Below are positions 1 to 8,558 of a DNA stretch of 50,054 nucleotides, piece by piece. Below the pieces are notes generated by a model. That model did no database searches. It saw nothing but the letters and a program-made list of their open reading frames with translations, and was not told the DNA's origin. The DNA comes from an uncultured Nitrososphaerota archaeon (lineage in GTDB: Archaea; Thermoproteota; Methanomethylicia; Methanomethylicales; Methanomethylicaceae), in the NCBI GenBank assembly GCA_964513415.1, contig CAZEMX010000004.1:1-50054 (forward strand), written 5' to 3'. Numbering within the stretch: position 1 is the stretch's first letter; each line of letters starts with the position of its first letter. A program made the translations under genes and the position numbers.

Positions 1-1413
1 CCCGATTGTCGAGGACTCCGAGCCTCCCTGCGCCACGGATATGTCGTTTGACTTGGTCAACCAGATCGAGAGGGGTTGTTCACCGCTTGCAACTTCGATT
101 CCAAGCTGCGCCTGACCGACCCGCCCGGCAGAGTCCGTGACCCGCAACATGGCGGCGTAGGAACCGGGCTGCGAATAAGCATGGCTGCAGTTCTGCTGAC
201 CGGAGGTTCCGCCGTCACCAAATGACCAAGAATATGAGTAGGGGGGCGTTCCCCCGCTTGCGCGGCTAAAGAACGCGACTGTCAGAGGGGCGGTCCCTGA
301 TTGCGGCGATGCCCATGCGGAGACGCCGACTGCCTCCACGAAGACGGCCTTAAGGGTGTGGTTAGAGTTCATCACCACAGTGATCGGGTTCGCCGCGCCT
401 CCCCAGCACCCGTCGAGAATCCAGCCGTCATGCACGTAGCCTGAGGAGGGGATCGCGCTTATGATCGCCTGCTCCCCCTGTTTCATGCCATAGGTGCCCG
501 AGGGGGGAGAGGTGCTGCCGCTTCCCTGGGAAGAGATCTCGAGCCAGAGAGACGTGACGCAGACCGTGGTGGATTTCGTGTCTGAGACGCCTAGCGAATC
601 AGTGGCGGTGCACAGGACGGTGTATGTGCCAGGAGACGCGAAGGTGAAGTCAGGATTCTGCTGGCTCGAGGTGCCAAGGCCGGCGAAGTCCCACGAGAAG
701 GCATATGGTGCGACGCCATCCTTCACGGATGCCGAGAAGGCGACCTGCAGGGGAGCCACTCCTGAGGCAGGAGCATGGCTCACGGAAAGCTCGGTTCTGT
801 AAAGCTTGACCTGCAGGTAGGAGAAGGTCAGCCGGGCCTTGATCAGCGAGCAGTCAGTGAATACTTCCGAGTTTGGATACCAATAATCGGCGGCAGCCCA
901 GACGCAGGGGCCAAGGAACGTACAGGATGTGCCCCCAGCAGTCTGCCTTCCGGACGTGGTGAATGCGTATGCGATGCTCCCCATTGTCGCATCAGGGGCA
1001 TGGGCGCTGACGATTGACTGCGACGCGCCCAGAAGTGCCCATTCGAGATAAGAGAAGGGCGATGCGCCAGCAACCGTGGCAGTGAACGAGCCCGAGGAGT
1101 TAACGTTTGGCCGCCCTCCGAGAGAGGTGGGCGTTGAGGCGGAAGCATAGACCTCTACGCCGTCTTGGAGTGCCACAGAGTACCTAGCTACAAGCGGGTC
1201 GCCGTTGTGGAAGCCCAAGACCTGATCGAACGATGTCCCTGCCGGCGAGAACGAGGCGCCGAATGAGAGCGCGCCAGCAGGCATGTTGACCGTCTCGGAG
1301 TAACCAAGCGTGCATGCCTGCGTGCTGAAGAAGAAGATCAGAGCGCATAGCAGAAGCGTGAGCGAGGCGCGCTGACCCAGCGTCAGACCGAGGGCATCAC
1401 CCAGATGAGGCAT
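1..1413 (-). CDS. Secreted PKD-repeat surface protein, C-terminal part cut off by the window edge (not in the supplied ORF track)
   Basis: My own minus-strand translation from the ATG at 1413..1411 stays open to position 1 (471 codons). It begins MPHLGDALGLTLGQRASLTLLLCALIFFFSTQAC (hydrophobic signal/anchor). Two PKD-type repeats follow: APLQVAFSASVKDGVAPYAFSWDFAGLGTSSQQNPDFTFASPGTYTVLCTATDSLG and APLTVAFFSRASGGTPPYSYSWSFGDGGTSGQQNCSHAYSQPGSYAAMLRVTDSAG. Confidence 0.75.
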   Translation of the reverse strand, partial: MPHLGDALGLTLGQRASLTLLLCALIFFFSTQACTLGYSETVNMPAGALSFGASFSPAGTSFDQVLGFHNGDPLVARYSVALQDGVEVYASASTPTSLGGRPNVNSSGSFTATVAGASPFSYLEWALLGASQSIVSAHAPDATMGSIAYAFTTSGRQTAGGTSCTFLGPCVWAAADYWYPNSEVFTDCSLIKARLTFSYLQVKLYRTELSVSHAPASGVAPLQVAFSASVKDGVAPYAFSWDFAGLGTSSQQNPDFTFASPGTYTVLCTATDSLGVSDTKSTTVCVTSLWLEISSQGSGSTSPPSGTYGMKQGEQAIISAIPSSGYVHDGWILDGCWGGAANPITVVMNSNHTLKAVFVEAVGVSAWASPQSGTAPLTVAFFSRASGGTPPYSYSWSFGDGGTSGQQNCSHAYSQPGSYAAMLRVTDSAGRVGQAQLGIEVASGEQPLSIWLTKSNDISVAQGGSESSTIG

Positions 1414-1467
1414 CAGGCTTTCCCTGAGGCAAAGCAGGCATAAAAAAGGCTTTGGCTGATGAGGGGT

Positions 1468-2286
1468 TCATAGGCGCAGGCCGTAGAAGGTCTGCGCGAT
1501 GCGGGCAGGAAAGAGGGCAGCGTATGAAAGCCCTGAGACGGAAACGTCGTGGGGACGGCTGGAGGAGGGCATGCATGCGCAGTTACCCACGAATGCCAGT
1601 TCTTCGCCATCGACTGAGATAGAGGAGAGCTCGAACCTGGCAGATGACTTGAGGTTTGCACATATGACGACGGCGTCCTCACTGAAGACCGAAGTTTCAG
1701 AGAAGGGGTAGACGCATCCTATACAAAGAGAGGGGAGGTCCGCGCTTATTCGGCCAGCCCGGGCGGCAAGCGTAAGCGCTGGGAAGAAGTCAGGAAACCC
1801 GATCACGACGCTGGCTTTGGCAGGGGTCCCCGGCAGGTCATTCAAGCCCTTATTCGTGCCGCAGAGGAAGTAGTCGCCTAGAAGCGCGGAGCCCCTATGC
1901 ACAGGGGGCTGCGAGGGGGAGACAGAACAGATCAGCCAGCAACTCCTGCCCCCAGGGTCGTCCACCCTGATGCCGAGGGCCAAGGTATCCTTGGGCGCGC
2001 CCTCAGGTACGCTCTCTAGGAGTTTGCTGACGGTAGCACTGAATGTTGCGGCGCGTAAAGGTGATGAGAGCGGCTTGAGGGGAGAGCCCGTGTCCAGGCT
2101 GAAGTCCCAGCGCAAGGAGCCGGATGACGGCACGCGGACTATCGTCAGGTCCATAAGGTCCAGTGAAGCGGAAGTGCCCTGCTCGGCAGGAGTGTAGAGC
2201 ATCGCGGGGAGGCGGGCCAGTGCAAAGACTGCGACGGATAATGCGGCTATGGAGAGCAGCATAATCGCTGCAGCGCGAGTATGCAA
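1468..2286 (-). CDS. Hypothetical Cys-rich protein with an N-terminal membrane anchor
   Basis: 272-aa ORF with N-terminus MHTRAAAIMLLSIAALSVAVFALARL (one TM or signal anchor). I recognise no motif in the rest. It lies directly upstream of, and co-oriented with, the PKD protein gene. Confidence 0.5.
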   Translation of the reverse strand: MHTRAAAIMLLSIAALSVAVFALARLPAMLYTPAEQGTSASLDLMDLTIVRVPSSGSLRWDFSLDTGSPLKPLSSPLRAATFSATVSKLLESVPEGAPKDTLALGIRVDDPGGRSCWLICSVSPSQPPVHRGSALLGDYFLCGTNKGLNDLPGTPAKASVVIGFPDFFPALTLAARAGRISADLPSLCIGCVYPFSETSVFSEDAVVICANLKSSARFELSSISVDGEELAFVGNCACMPSSSRPHDVSVSGLSYAALFPARIAQTFYGLRL

Positions 2287-2509
2287 AGGGAATCCTCCGA
2301 GTACAGGCAGCGGATATATCCCTAGCGATCGACCTCGGGATCAGCGACGACCTATTTCGAAGACCTGCGGCGGGGGATGCCATGATAAGAGGGGTGGACG
2401 CGGATGACGGCAGCGGGACCTGGGGGCGGGTGCAAGAGGCTGCAATACCTTTAAATATCGAACCGAGGAAGTGATTCTGTTGTACCTGGAGGGTATAAAA
2501 TGAACAAAG

Positions 2510-2890
2510 GTGCTCGACTTTTCTGTTAAGGCGCAATGCCTTGTAAATGCCAGACCCTCCGTGACCATTGAAGACGCCCTTGTGAAGTTGGCCGAGAAGA
2601 GCATGACTGCTATGCAGAAGCGCGTTCTCCTGTACGTATATTCATGCCAGAGGAGCGGCTCGGCCGCGGGCAAGACGTATTCTTGGCACGTGAGGGAGAT
2701 AGTAAAGGGGCTCGGCATGCCGGAATCGACCGCTAAATGGAGTCTGAACAACCTGCGGGATAGCCTCCTGCTCGAGTGCGGCTCTGTGCAGGAGAGGGGA
2801 ACTCCGCTTAGGATGACCGGGCCGGGCAGAGTGGTTGCCGAGAGGATTAATGCCAGAGGAACAATCGCGGAGATCGGGGAGCTCACCTGA
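2510..2890 (+). CDS. Small putative winged-helix DNA-binding protein (start uncertain)
   Basis: 126-aa ORF with host-like codon usage. The segment SWHVREIVKGLGMPESTAKWSLNNLRDSLLLE looks like an HTH recognition region. A TTTAAATA box sits near 2449-2456. The overlapping antisense ORF 2341..2934 is S/P/R-rich and looks spurious. Confidence 0.45.
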   Translation: MLDFSVKAQCLVNARPSVTIEDALVKLAEKSMTAMQKRVLLYVYSCQRSGSAAGKTYSWHVREIVKGLGMPESTAKWSLNNLRDSLLLECGSVQERGTPLRMTGPGRVVAERINARGTIAEIGELT

Positions 2891-3067
2891 TTGCCGGCAG
2901 GCGTACAGGGGGCAACCGCCTCCATCCCCGCCACGGCCAGAGATGGCAGTTGGGTGCAGAGCGCAGTCAGATGGCAACGGTATCAGATCAGCTGCATTGA
3001 AGGGACCACCGACCTGTGCGAGAAGTAATATATGCGGAAGGCGTTGTTTTGTTGTCTAGCCGGTGAG

Positions 3068-4111
3068 ATGATGATAAAGATATCCAAGCAGGAGCTGCTT
3101 CAGCTGCCATCTCTGCTTTCGGCAATGGGCTACAGGGTCATAGCGCCGATCAGAGCCGGCGGGATCGTAAAGCTCGCCCCCCTCGGTCCCGACGACCAGC
3201 CCGAGGTGGAATACGTCAGAATCATCAATTCTCCGAAGAAGTTCCTTTTGCCTGATGGTGAGTCGCTCTTCAGGTATAGGAGCACGGCTACGATAACGTC
3301 GTACGGTCTCAAGATCAGGTTCCCGACTGCAGAGGGGCCTTGCCCCGTCACCATTCTTCCAGAATATCTTCCGATCAGAGAGAGGCTGGCGTTCTTCGGC
3401 ATTCACCAGTGCATGGTAAGTTCGATAAGATATCTGGACAAGGTCATGCTGAGTGATCCGGCGGACCCATATTACAAGAACCGGCGGGAGGGCATGTTCA
3501 TTGCTGAGATGGACTGCGATGAAGGGGACGAACATTGCATGTGCAGGACGCTCGGCACTTACAAGATACCGGCGGGCTATGCGGACATCCAGATGAGAAA
3601 GAGCAGCAACGGCTACCTCATCAGTGCTGCCTCTGAGGCGGGTAAAGAGCTGCTCTCACGGCTGAAGAAGGAGGATGGCCAGGGGGAGTACCCTAAGCCG
3701 GTTCCGAAGATGGTCAACAACTTTGAGCTCGTGGCAAGGGATGAAGAGGAGATAGACGCCAAGGGGGCTCCGAAGTCATTAGAGGCGTGCACGCTCTGCG
3801 CGGCGTGTACCGTAACCTGCCCCACTTGCTACTGCATGGACATCGAGGACAAGTTCAGCCTCGTCGATCCATCCAATGTGAGCAGGATGCGGACGATGAT
3901 GTCGTGTCAACGCAAATGCTACAGCGCCATCGCTGGGGGAACAGCGTTCCTGCATGCAAAGGAGGAGAGGTTTAAGTGGCGGGTGAAGCACAAGTTCCCG
4001 TTCTCGATCAATGCATTCAAGCTGGTCGGGTGCACAGGATGCGGCAACTGCGTCGCCTATTGCCCGGCAGGCGTTGACTTCCGAGAGTTTGTTGGTAGGA
4101 GGGTCGCATGA
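3068..4111 (+). CDS. hydB: Sulfhydrogenase-type hydrogenase beta subunit (AsrA-like, two 4Fe-4S motifs)
   Basis: Contains CTLCAACTVTCPTCYC and CTGCGNCVAYCPAG ferredoxin-type cluster motifs. Size and position match the first gene of the Pyrococcus hydBGDA arrangement. Start trimmed to MMIKISK (ATG at 3068), preceded by GGTGA. The stop overlaps the next start as ATGA. Confidence 0.8.
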   Translation: MMIKISKQELLQLPSLLSAMGYRVIAPIRAGGIVKLAPLGPDDQPEVEYVRIINSPKKFLLPDGESLFRYRSTATITSYGLKIRFPTAEGPCPVTILPEYLPIRERLAFFGIHQCMVSSIRYLDKVMLSDPADPYYKNRREGMFIAEMDCDEGDEHCMCRTLGTYKIPAGYADIQMRKSSNGYLISAASEAGKELLSRLKKEDGQGEYPKPVPKMVNNFELVARDEEEIDAKGAPKSLEACTLCAACTVTCPTCYCMDIEDKFSLVDPSNVSRMRTMMSCQRKCYSAIAGGTAFLHAKEERFKWRVKHKFPFSINAFKLVGCTGCGNCVAYCPAGVDFREFVGRRVA

Positions 4112-4941
4112 TGGCAAAGGCGGTGGCAGGGGATGTGAACCCATATATCCCTAAGCCAGTGACGATAATCGCGGTCAAGAACGAGAGCCTCGAGACCAAG
4201 ACGCTCCGACTGAAGCTCTACAACTGGAGGCTCAGCTTCGTGCCGGGGCAGTTCGTCCAGCTTCTGCTCCCTGGTGTAGGGGAGGCACCGTTCTGCATTG
4301 CATCGTCCCAATTGGACCAGAAGCACATCGATCTCACAATAATAAGGAGGGGCATCCTCACGACATCCGTCCACTACCTCCGTCCGGGGGATGCGGTGGG
4401 AATCAGGGGACCGTTGGGCAAACCTTTCCCATTAGACGCGTTTGTGGGCAAGGACCTCCTTATTGTAGCCACCGGCATAGGCATTGCCGCCCTCAAGTCG
4501 CTGATAATATATGCGATCGAGAACCGCAAGAAGTTCAACGATGTGACGCTGCTCTATGGGGCCAGGTTCCTGGAGGACATAGTGTATCGCGATGAACTGA
4601 AGGAGTGGGAGAAGGAGATCAATGTGGTCATCACCCTGAGCAAGGCGCCTCCGGAGTGGCGCGGGCTGAGGGGCAGGGTCACCGACCACCTAGACTCGCT
4701 GAGGCTGGGCAAGGGAACGGTCGCGGCGGTCTGCGGCTCGCCCGCAGTCATGTCGAGCATTGCGGACGCGCTCGTAAAGCACGGTATATCCAGCAACGAC
4801 ATCTACGTCTCTCTCGAGAGGCACATGAAGTGCGGGATAGGGAAGTGCGCCAGGTGCCTAATCCCGGGCGGAAAACACGTCTGCATTGACGGTCCGGTCT
4901 TCAGGGTCGCGGACATCAGCATCGAGGCTATAGGGGAATGA
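4108..4941 (+). CDS. hydG: Sulfhydrogenase-type gamma subunit (FAD/NAD(P)-binding, 2Fe-2S; AsrB / PyrK-like)
   Basis: 277 aa with a ferredoxin-reductase-like fold pattern (GQFVQLLLPG, LLIVATGIGIAAL). C-terminal CGIGKCARCLIPGGKHVCIDGPVF is a 2Fe-2S motif. Confidence 0.8.
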   Translation: MMAKAVAGDVNPYIPKPVTIIAVKNESLETKTLRLKLYNWRLSFVPGQFVQLLLPGVGEAPFCIASSQLDQKHIDLTIIRRGILTTSVHYLRPGDAVGIRGPLGKPFPLDAFVGKDLLIVATGIGIAALKSLIIYAIENRKKFNDVTLLYGARFLEDIVYRDELKEWEKEINVVITLSKAPPEWRGLRGRVTDHLDSLRLGKGTVAAVCGSPAVMSSIADALVKHGISSNDIYVSLERHMKCGIGKCARCLIPGGKHVCIDGPVFRVADISIEAIGE

Positions 4942-4945
4942 TCAT

Positions 4946-5689
4946 ATGAGGCTCGCATTCTACGCACTCACCTCCTGCGAAGGCTGCCTGACTACGCTGA
5001 TAACAAATCTCGGACCCAACGTAGAGGTGCTCTGGAAGATGTTCGACATAGACTACTTTAAGCTGGTGAGGGAGCCGGTTGGCGGCACCAAAATACCTAA
5101 GGCGGACATAGCGTTTGTTGAGGGGGCGGTCGTCACGGACCGCGACAGGAGGACCCTGACCGAAATAAGGAAGAACTCCAGCTTCGTCGTGGCGCTTGGG
5201 ACCTGCGCCTCGAGTGGAAATATCGCATACACCGCGTCCAGGGATGTCGATTTCGAGGCGAAGCATCTAAGGGACCTGGAGATATCCCCTGCCGAGCCGC
5301 TCTCATCGCTGGTGGCAGTAGACTTTGAGCTGAGCGGCTGCCCTGTTAGCGCAGAGGAGTTCACGGAGGCGCTTCTGAGGCTCATCAACAGCATAGAGCC
5401 CATACAGCCCGATTTTTCGGTCTGCTACGAGTGCAAGAGCAGGGGAAATCCGTGCCTACTCGATGCGAAGAAGGTCTGCCTTGGTCCGCTCGCTATGGGA
5501 GGCTGCGGCGCAGCATGCCCAACGGTCGGCTCGGCGTGCTACAGCTGTCGGGGCCCGGCCATGGAGGCAGACCTGAAGGCATACCTGCTAACCCTCGAGA
5601 AGAAGGGGATAGGGAAGGAGAAGGCGCTGATGATGCTGAGAATGTTCACCGGGAAGAAGGCAAAGGAGTTGTTGAAGGATGGGCGGTAG
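4946..5689 (+). CDS. hydD: [NiFe] hydrogenase small (delta) subunit
   Basis: N-terminal MRLAFYALTSCEGC matches the small-subunit proximal-cluster motif. Further Cys clusters: CYECKSRGNPC and GGCGAACPTVGSACYSCRGP. Confidence 0.85.
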   Translation: MRLAFYALTSCEGCLTTLITNLGPNVEVLWKMFDIDYFKLVREPVGGTKIPKADIAFVEGAVVTDRDRRTLTEIRKNSSFVVALGTCASSGNIAYTASRDVDFEAKHLRDLEISPAEPLSSLVAVDFELSGCPVSAEEFTEALLRLINSIEPIQPDFSVCYECKSRGNPCLLDAKKVCLGPLAMGGCGAACPTVGSACYSCRGPAMEADLKAYLLTLEKKGIGKEKALMMLRMFTGKKAKELLKDGR

Positions 5690-7001
5690 CAGCAAGGGAG
5701 ACGTCATATTAGATACAAACGAGCTGAGGTTTATCGAGGGGCATGCGCGCCTCCAGGTCAGGATGGCAGGGGGCGACACAGTGGCGGAGTTCCAGAATTT
5801 GGAAGGGCCGCGGTTCCTCACGAAGTACCTTGTTGGAAAGCCCATCGAGATGGCTCCGATGGTAGCATCCAGGATATGCGGACTCTGCTACACGGCACAC
5901 TCGATAAACGCGGCAGAGGCCATTGAGAGGGCGCTCGGCATCGAGGTCTCCAAGGAGGTCAGGGAGCTCCGCAACGTACTTTACCTTGCAAACAACCTGA
6001 GGAGCCACGTAATGCACCTGCTCTACCTTACCCTGCCATCGATAAAGGGCGTCATCAGCGTCCTCAGGCTCCGCGACAAGGACCTTTATGAGGCTGGAAC
6101 GAGGCTCCTAACGAAGTCAACGGAGCTCATCGAGGTATGGGGCGGCAGGTCGGTCCATGTCCCGAATGTTGTAGTGGGCGGCTTCGGGGCAGTCATGAAT
6201 GGCAGGCAGCTCGTAAGCTCGGTGCATGAACTCGAGGGGCTGATGAATGATGCAAGGAGGTTTGCGGATTATGCGATTGAGCTGGATCTGCCTGAGCTGG
6301 AGAGGTACAGGCCCTTAGGATCGCTTAGGAATCCGGGGCATTACCCTACGTATGCCGAGGACGCGTCGATGGTTTTGAACGATGGCTCGCTGCTCAGTAG
6401 CGACGAGTATTACGACAGCATCACCGAGGTGACGAAGTATTACTCCACTTCCAAACATGCATACTTCAGAAACTCGGAGCTGACGGTCGGCGCGCTGTCA
6501 CGCGTCATCCTCAACAGGAGGCATCTAAAGGCCGAGGCGAAGGCGTTCGCCGAGCGGGTAGAGTGGCGCATGAACCCGTTCCTGATAATAAAGGCACAGG
6601 CGGTCGAGGTCGTCCACTATATGGAGGAGCTGATAGCGGCAGGGCAGAGGCTGGGGGACATAATCGTCGAGCCGAGCAAAGAGGGGGTAGCTGCTGGCGT
6701 AAACTGCAGCTCTTCCCAGGGCGAGATCCCTGATTGCCAGGGCACCGGAAGGGGATTCTTTGTAGCGGAGGCGCCACGCGGTGCGCTCTGCCATGCATGC
6801 GAGGTGGAGAAGGGCAAGATAAAGAGCTACAAGGTCTACACCCCGACGGCAGTCAACTCGAAGAGCATAGAGCTGGACGCAGCGGAGTTCGTCAAGAAGT
6901 TTAGGCAACTTGGAGTCGAGAAGATGAGATACATCCTTGAGGATATGACGCGCGCGTATGACCCGTGCCTCTCATGTGCGGTAAGCCTTGATATCTACTA
7001 A
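5679..7001 (+). CDS. hydA: [NiFe] hydrogenase large (alpha) subunit, group 3b-like
   Basis: N-terminal Ni-binding motif RICGLCYTAH (RxCGxCxxxH) and C-terminal DPCLSC. 440 aa. Overlaps hydD by 11 nt. Confidence 0.9.
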   Translation: MGGSSKGDVILDTNELRFIEGHARLQVRMAGGDTVAEFQNLEGPRFLTKYLVGKPIEMAPMVASRICGLCYTAHSINAAEAIERALGIEVSKEVRELRNVLYLANNLRSHVMHLLYLTLPSIKGVISVLRLRDKDLYEAGTRLLTKSTELIEVWGGRSVHVPNVVVGGFGAVMNGRQLVSSVHELEGLMNDARRFADYAIELDLPELERYRPLGSLRNPGHYPTYAEDASMVLNDGSLLSSDEYYDSITEVTKYYSTSKHAYFRNSELTVGALSRVILNRRHLKAEAKAFAERVEWRMNPFLIIKAQAVEVVHYMEELIAAGQRLGDIIVEPSKEGVAAGVNCSSSQGEIPDCQGTGRGFFVAEAPRGALCHACEVEKGKIKSYKVYTPTAVNSKSIELDAAEFVKKFRQLGVEKMRYILEDMTRAYDPCLSCAVSLDIY

Positions 7002-7017
7002 AAAAGGGGTGCAATGG

Positions 7018-7338
7018 ATGACGATAGATTGTATATCCAGCGAGAGACTCAGGGAGAGAATCGATTCGGGAGGAGAGTTCGTTGCCGTCTTCAGCACAAA
7101 ATGGTGCGGATTCTGCAGGGCGCTTATGAGCGAACTCGAAAGGTCTCAAGTGGATTTTGTTGCAGTTGAGGTTGACATATCGTCCGATGACGACCCGGCA
7201 TGGGAACGGTTCGGGGTAAGCGCTGTCCCAACGGCGGTCCTCTTCAGCTCTGGACGCGAGGTCGCTAGGAAAAGCCCAGGATACGATGGGCTAAGGGTGA
7301 AGGACCTCAAGAGCTTATACGATAGAAGCCGCGCATAG
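7018..7338 (+). CDS. Thioredoxin-fold protein (WCGFC active site)
   Basis: VFSTKWCGFCRALM carries a CxxC in thioredoxin context, followed by VPTAVLF (cis-Pro loop). Start trimmed to the ATG at 7018, preceded by AGGGGTG. Confidence 0.7.
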   Translation: MTIDCISSERLRERIDSGGEFVAVFSTKWCGFCRALMSELERSQVDFVAVEVDISSDDDPAWERFGVSAVPTAVLFSSGREVARKSPGYDGLRVKDLKSLYDRSRA

Positions 7339-8530
7339 CCCTCATGGTAAGCACGGCGGATATCGCAGCCAGAATGGCCAGTAATAGGTAGGGCGACGAG
7401 GGTGCGGAGATGAATCCGATGTATCCCATGAGCATCGGCCCTATGAGCTCGCCTATACCGATAGCGGACTCGAAGAGGCCTGCATAGAACCCCTTGGCAG
7501 GCTTGTTGAGCACGAATGCAAGGGAGTATGCATACAGTAGCCCGAGTGCGAGCCCGAGGAGTGCCACAGAGGCCGCAAAGCCCACGGCGGATGGCGCTAA
7601 CCATGACAAGAACATGGATGCGGAGAGTGCCATCATCCCAAGCCCTATTGTCGACCTCCCCAGAATAGAGAGGATGCGCCTGTAGAATATGAAGACCAGC
7701 GTCCTGACAAGGGACGTGATGCCAACAAGGTAGCTGATCAATGAGGCGGTGAGCCCTGCTATCGCAGCGTATGAGGGGAAGAGGAATAGGAAGGAGAGCG
7801 TGGCAAAGCCCCACATTATCATCACACATATGATGAGAGGCATCCCGCCGATCCCTGTCGGGGCGGCGACCTCGGATGGCTGCTTGGGCACCTGAGGCAT
7901 CCTGATGGCAGCAACCATCGATGCTCCGGCCGCCATAAAGAGCGCAACTCCATAGAAGGCGTTGTGGATATCGGTATAGGGTATAATCAGCCCAAGCACG
8001 ATGGGGCCGGCCATGTATCCAAAACTCCACGATACGCTGTACATGCCGACCAATGCCGAGCGGCCGATGCCGTCGCTCTTGTCGCCCACAAATGCCTCGG
8101 CGGAGGGCCATACCGCAGAGAAGCAGACACCCTCAAGCACCCTCAGGATTGAGAGCTGGAGGATTGTTGTAGACTGGGCGTATATGACGCATGCTGCGGC
8201 GTAGAGCAGCAGCCCTCCGATAAGCGGCGGCTTCCGGCCTATGCGGTCGGAGATCTTGCCGAAGACGGCAGGCAGGAAGATATACGGCACGGCAGTGAAT
8301 GCCCCCAGAAGTCCCAGCTCCAAGGCGTTCGCCGATGCAATCGCTCCCGCGTATATAGGAACGGCGGGCGTCATTATCCCAAAGCCGGTCGAGAAGATCG
8401 CAACGGTGACGAAGAAGAACGTCACCGAGTTCAATACAGGGCAAGTCCTAAGCAGGGGTTCCGACAAAACAAACACCAAGATGCGATCAGAGCGGGCCGC
8501 TCGACGTTGTAGAGGGCTTCCGCGCCGCAT
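7307..8530 (-). CDS. MFS transporter (start uncertain)
   Basis: About 12 hydrophobic segments and the MFS loop motif GKISDRIGRKP between TM2 and TM3. The track ORF begins at a TTG at 8557; the first ATG is at 8530. Confidence 0.8.
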   Translation of the reverse strand: MRRGSPLQRRAARSDRILVFVLSEPLLRTCPVLNSVTFFFVTVAIFSTGFGIMTPAVPIYAGAIASANALELGLLGAFTAVPYIFLPAVFGKISDRIGRKPPLIGGLLLYAAACVIYAQSTTILQLSILRVLEGVCFSAVWPSAEAFVGDKSDGIGRSALVGMYSVSWSFGYMAGPIVLGLIIPYTDIHNAFYGVALFMAAGASMVAAIRMPQVPKQPSEVAAPTGIGGMPLIICVMIMWGFATLSFLFLFPSYAAIAGLTASLISYLVGITSLVRTLVFIFYRRILSILGRSTIGLGMMALSASMFLSWLAPSAVGFAASVALLGLALGLLYAYSLAFVLNKPAKGFYAGLFESAIGIGELIGPMLMGYIGFISAPSSPYLLLAILAAISAVLTMRAMRGFYRISS

Positions 8531-8558
8531 GGATTTATCTCTTTGCCAAAGGGGCAAG

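Noticed and set aside
2341-2934. 197-aa minus-strand ORF overlapping the putative wHTH gene
   Set aside because: Its composition is S/P/R/L-rich and antisense-like. The + strand ORF has host-like codon usage (aag, gag, ctc) and an HTH-like segment. This remains a judgement call.
7307-7338. 32-nt convergent overlap between the thioredoxin-like gene and the MFS transporter 3' ends
   Set aside because: Both reading frames are well supported, and overlapping convergent 3' ends occur in compact archaeal genomes. There is no extra structure to suggest a functional element.
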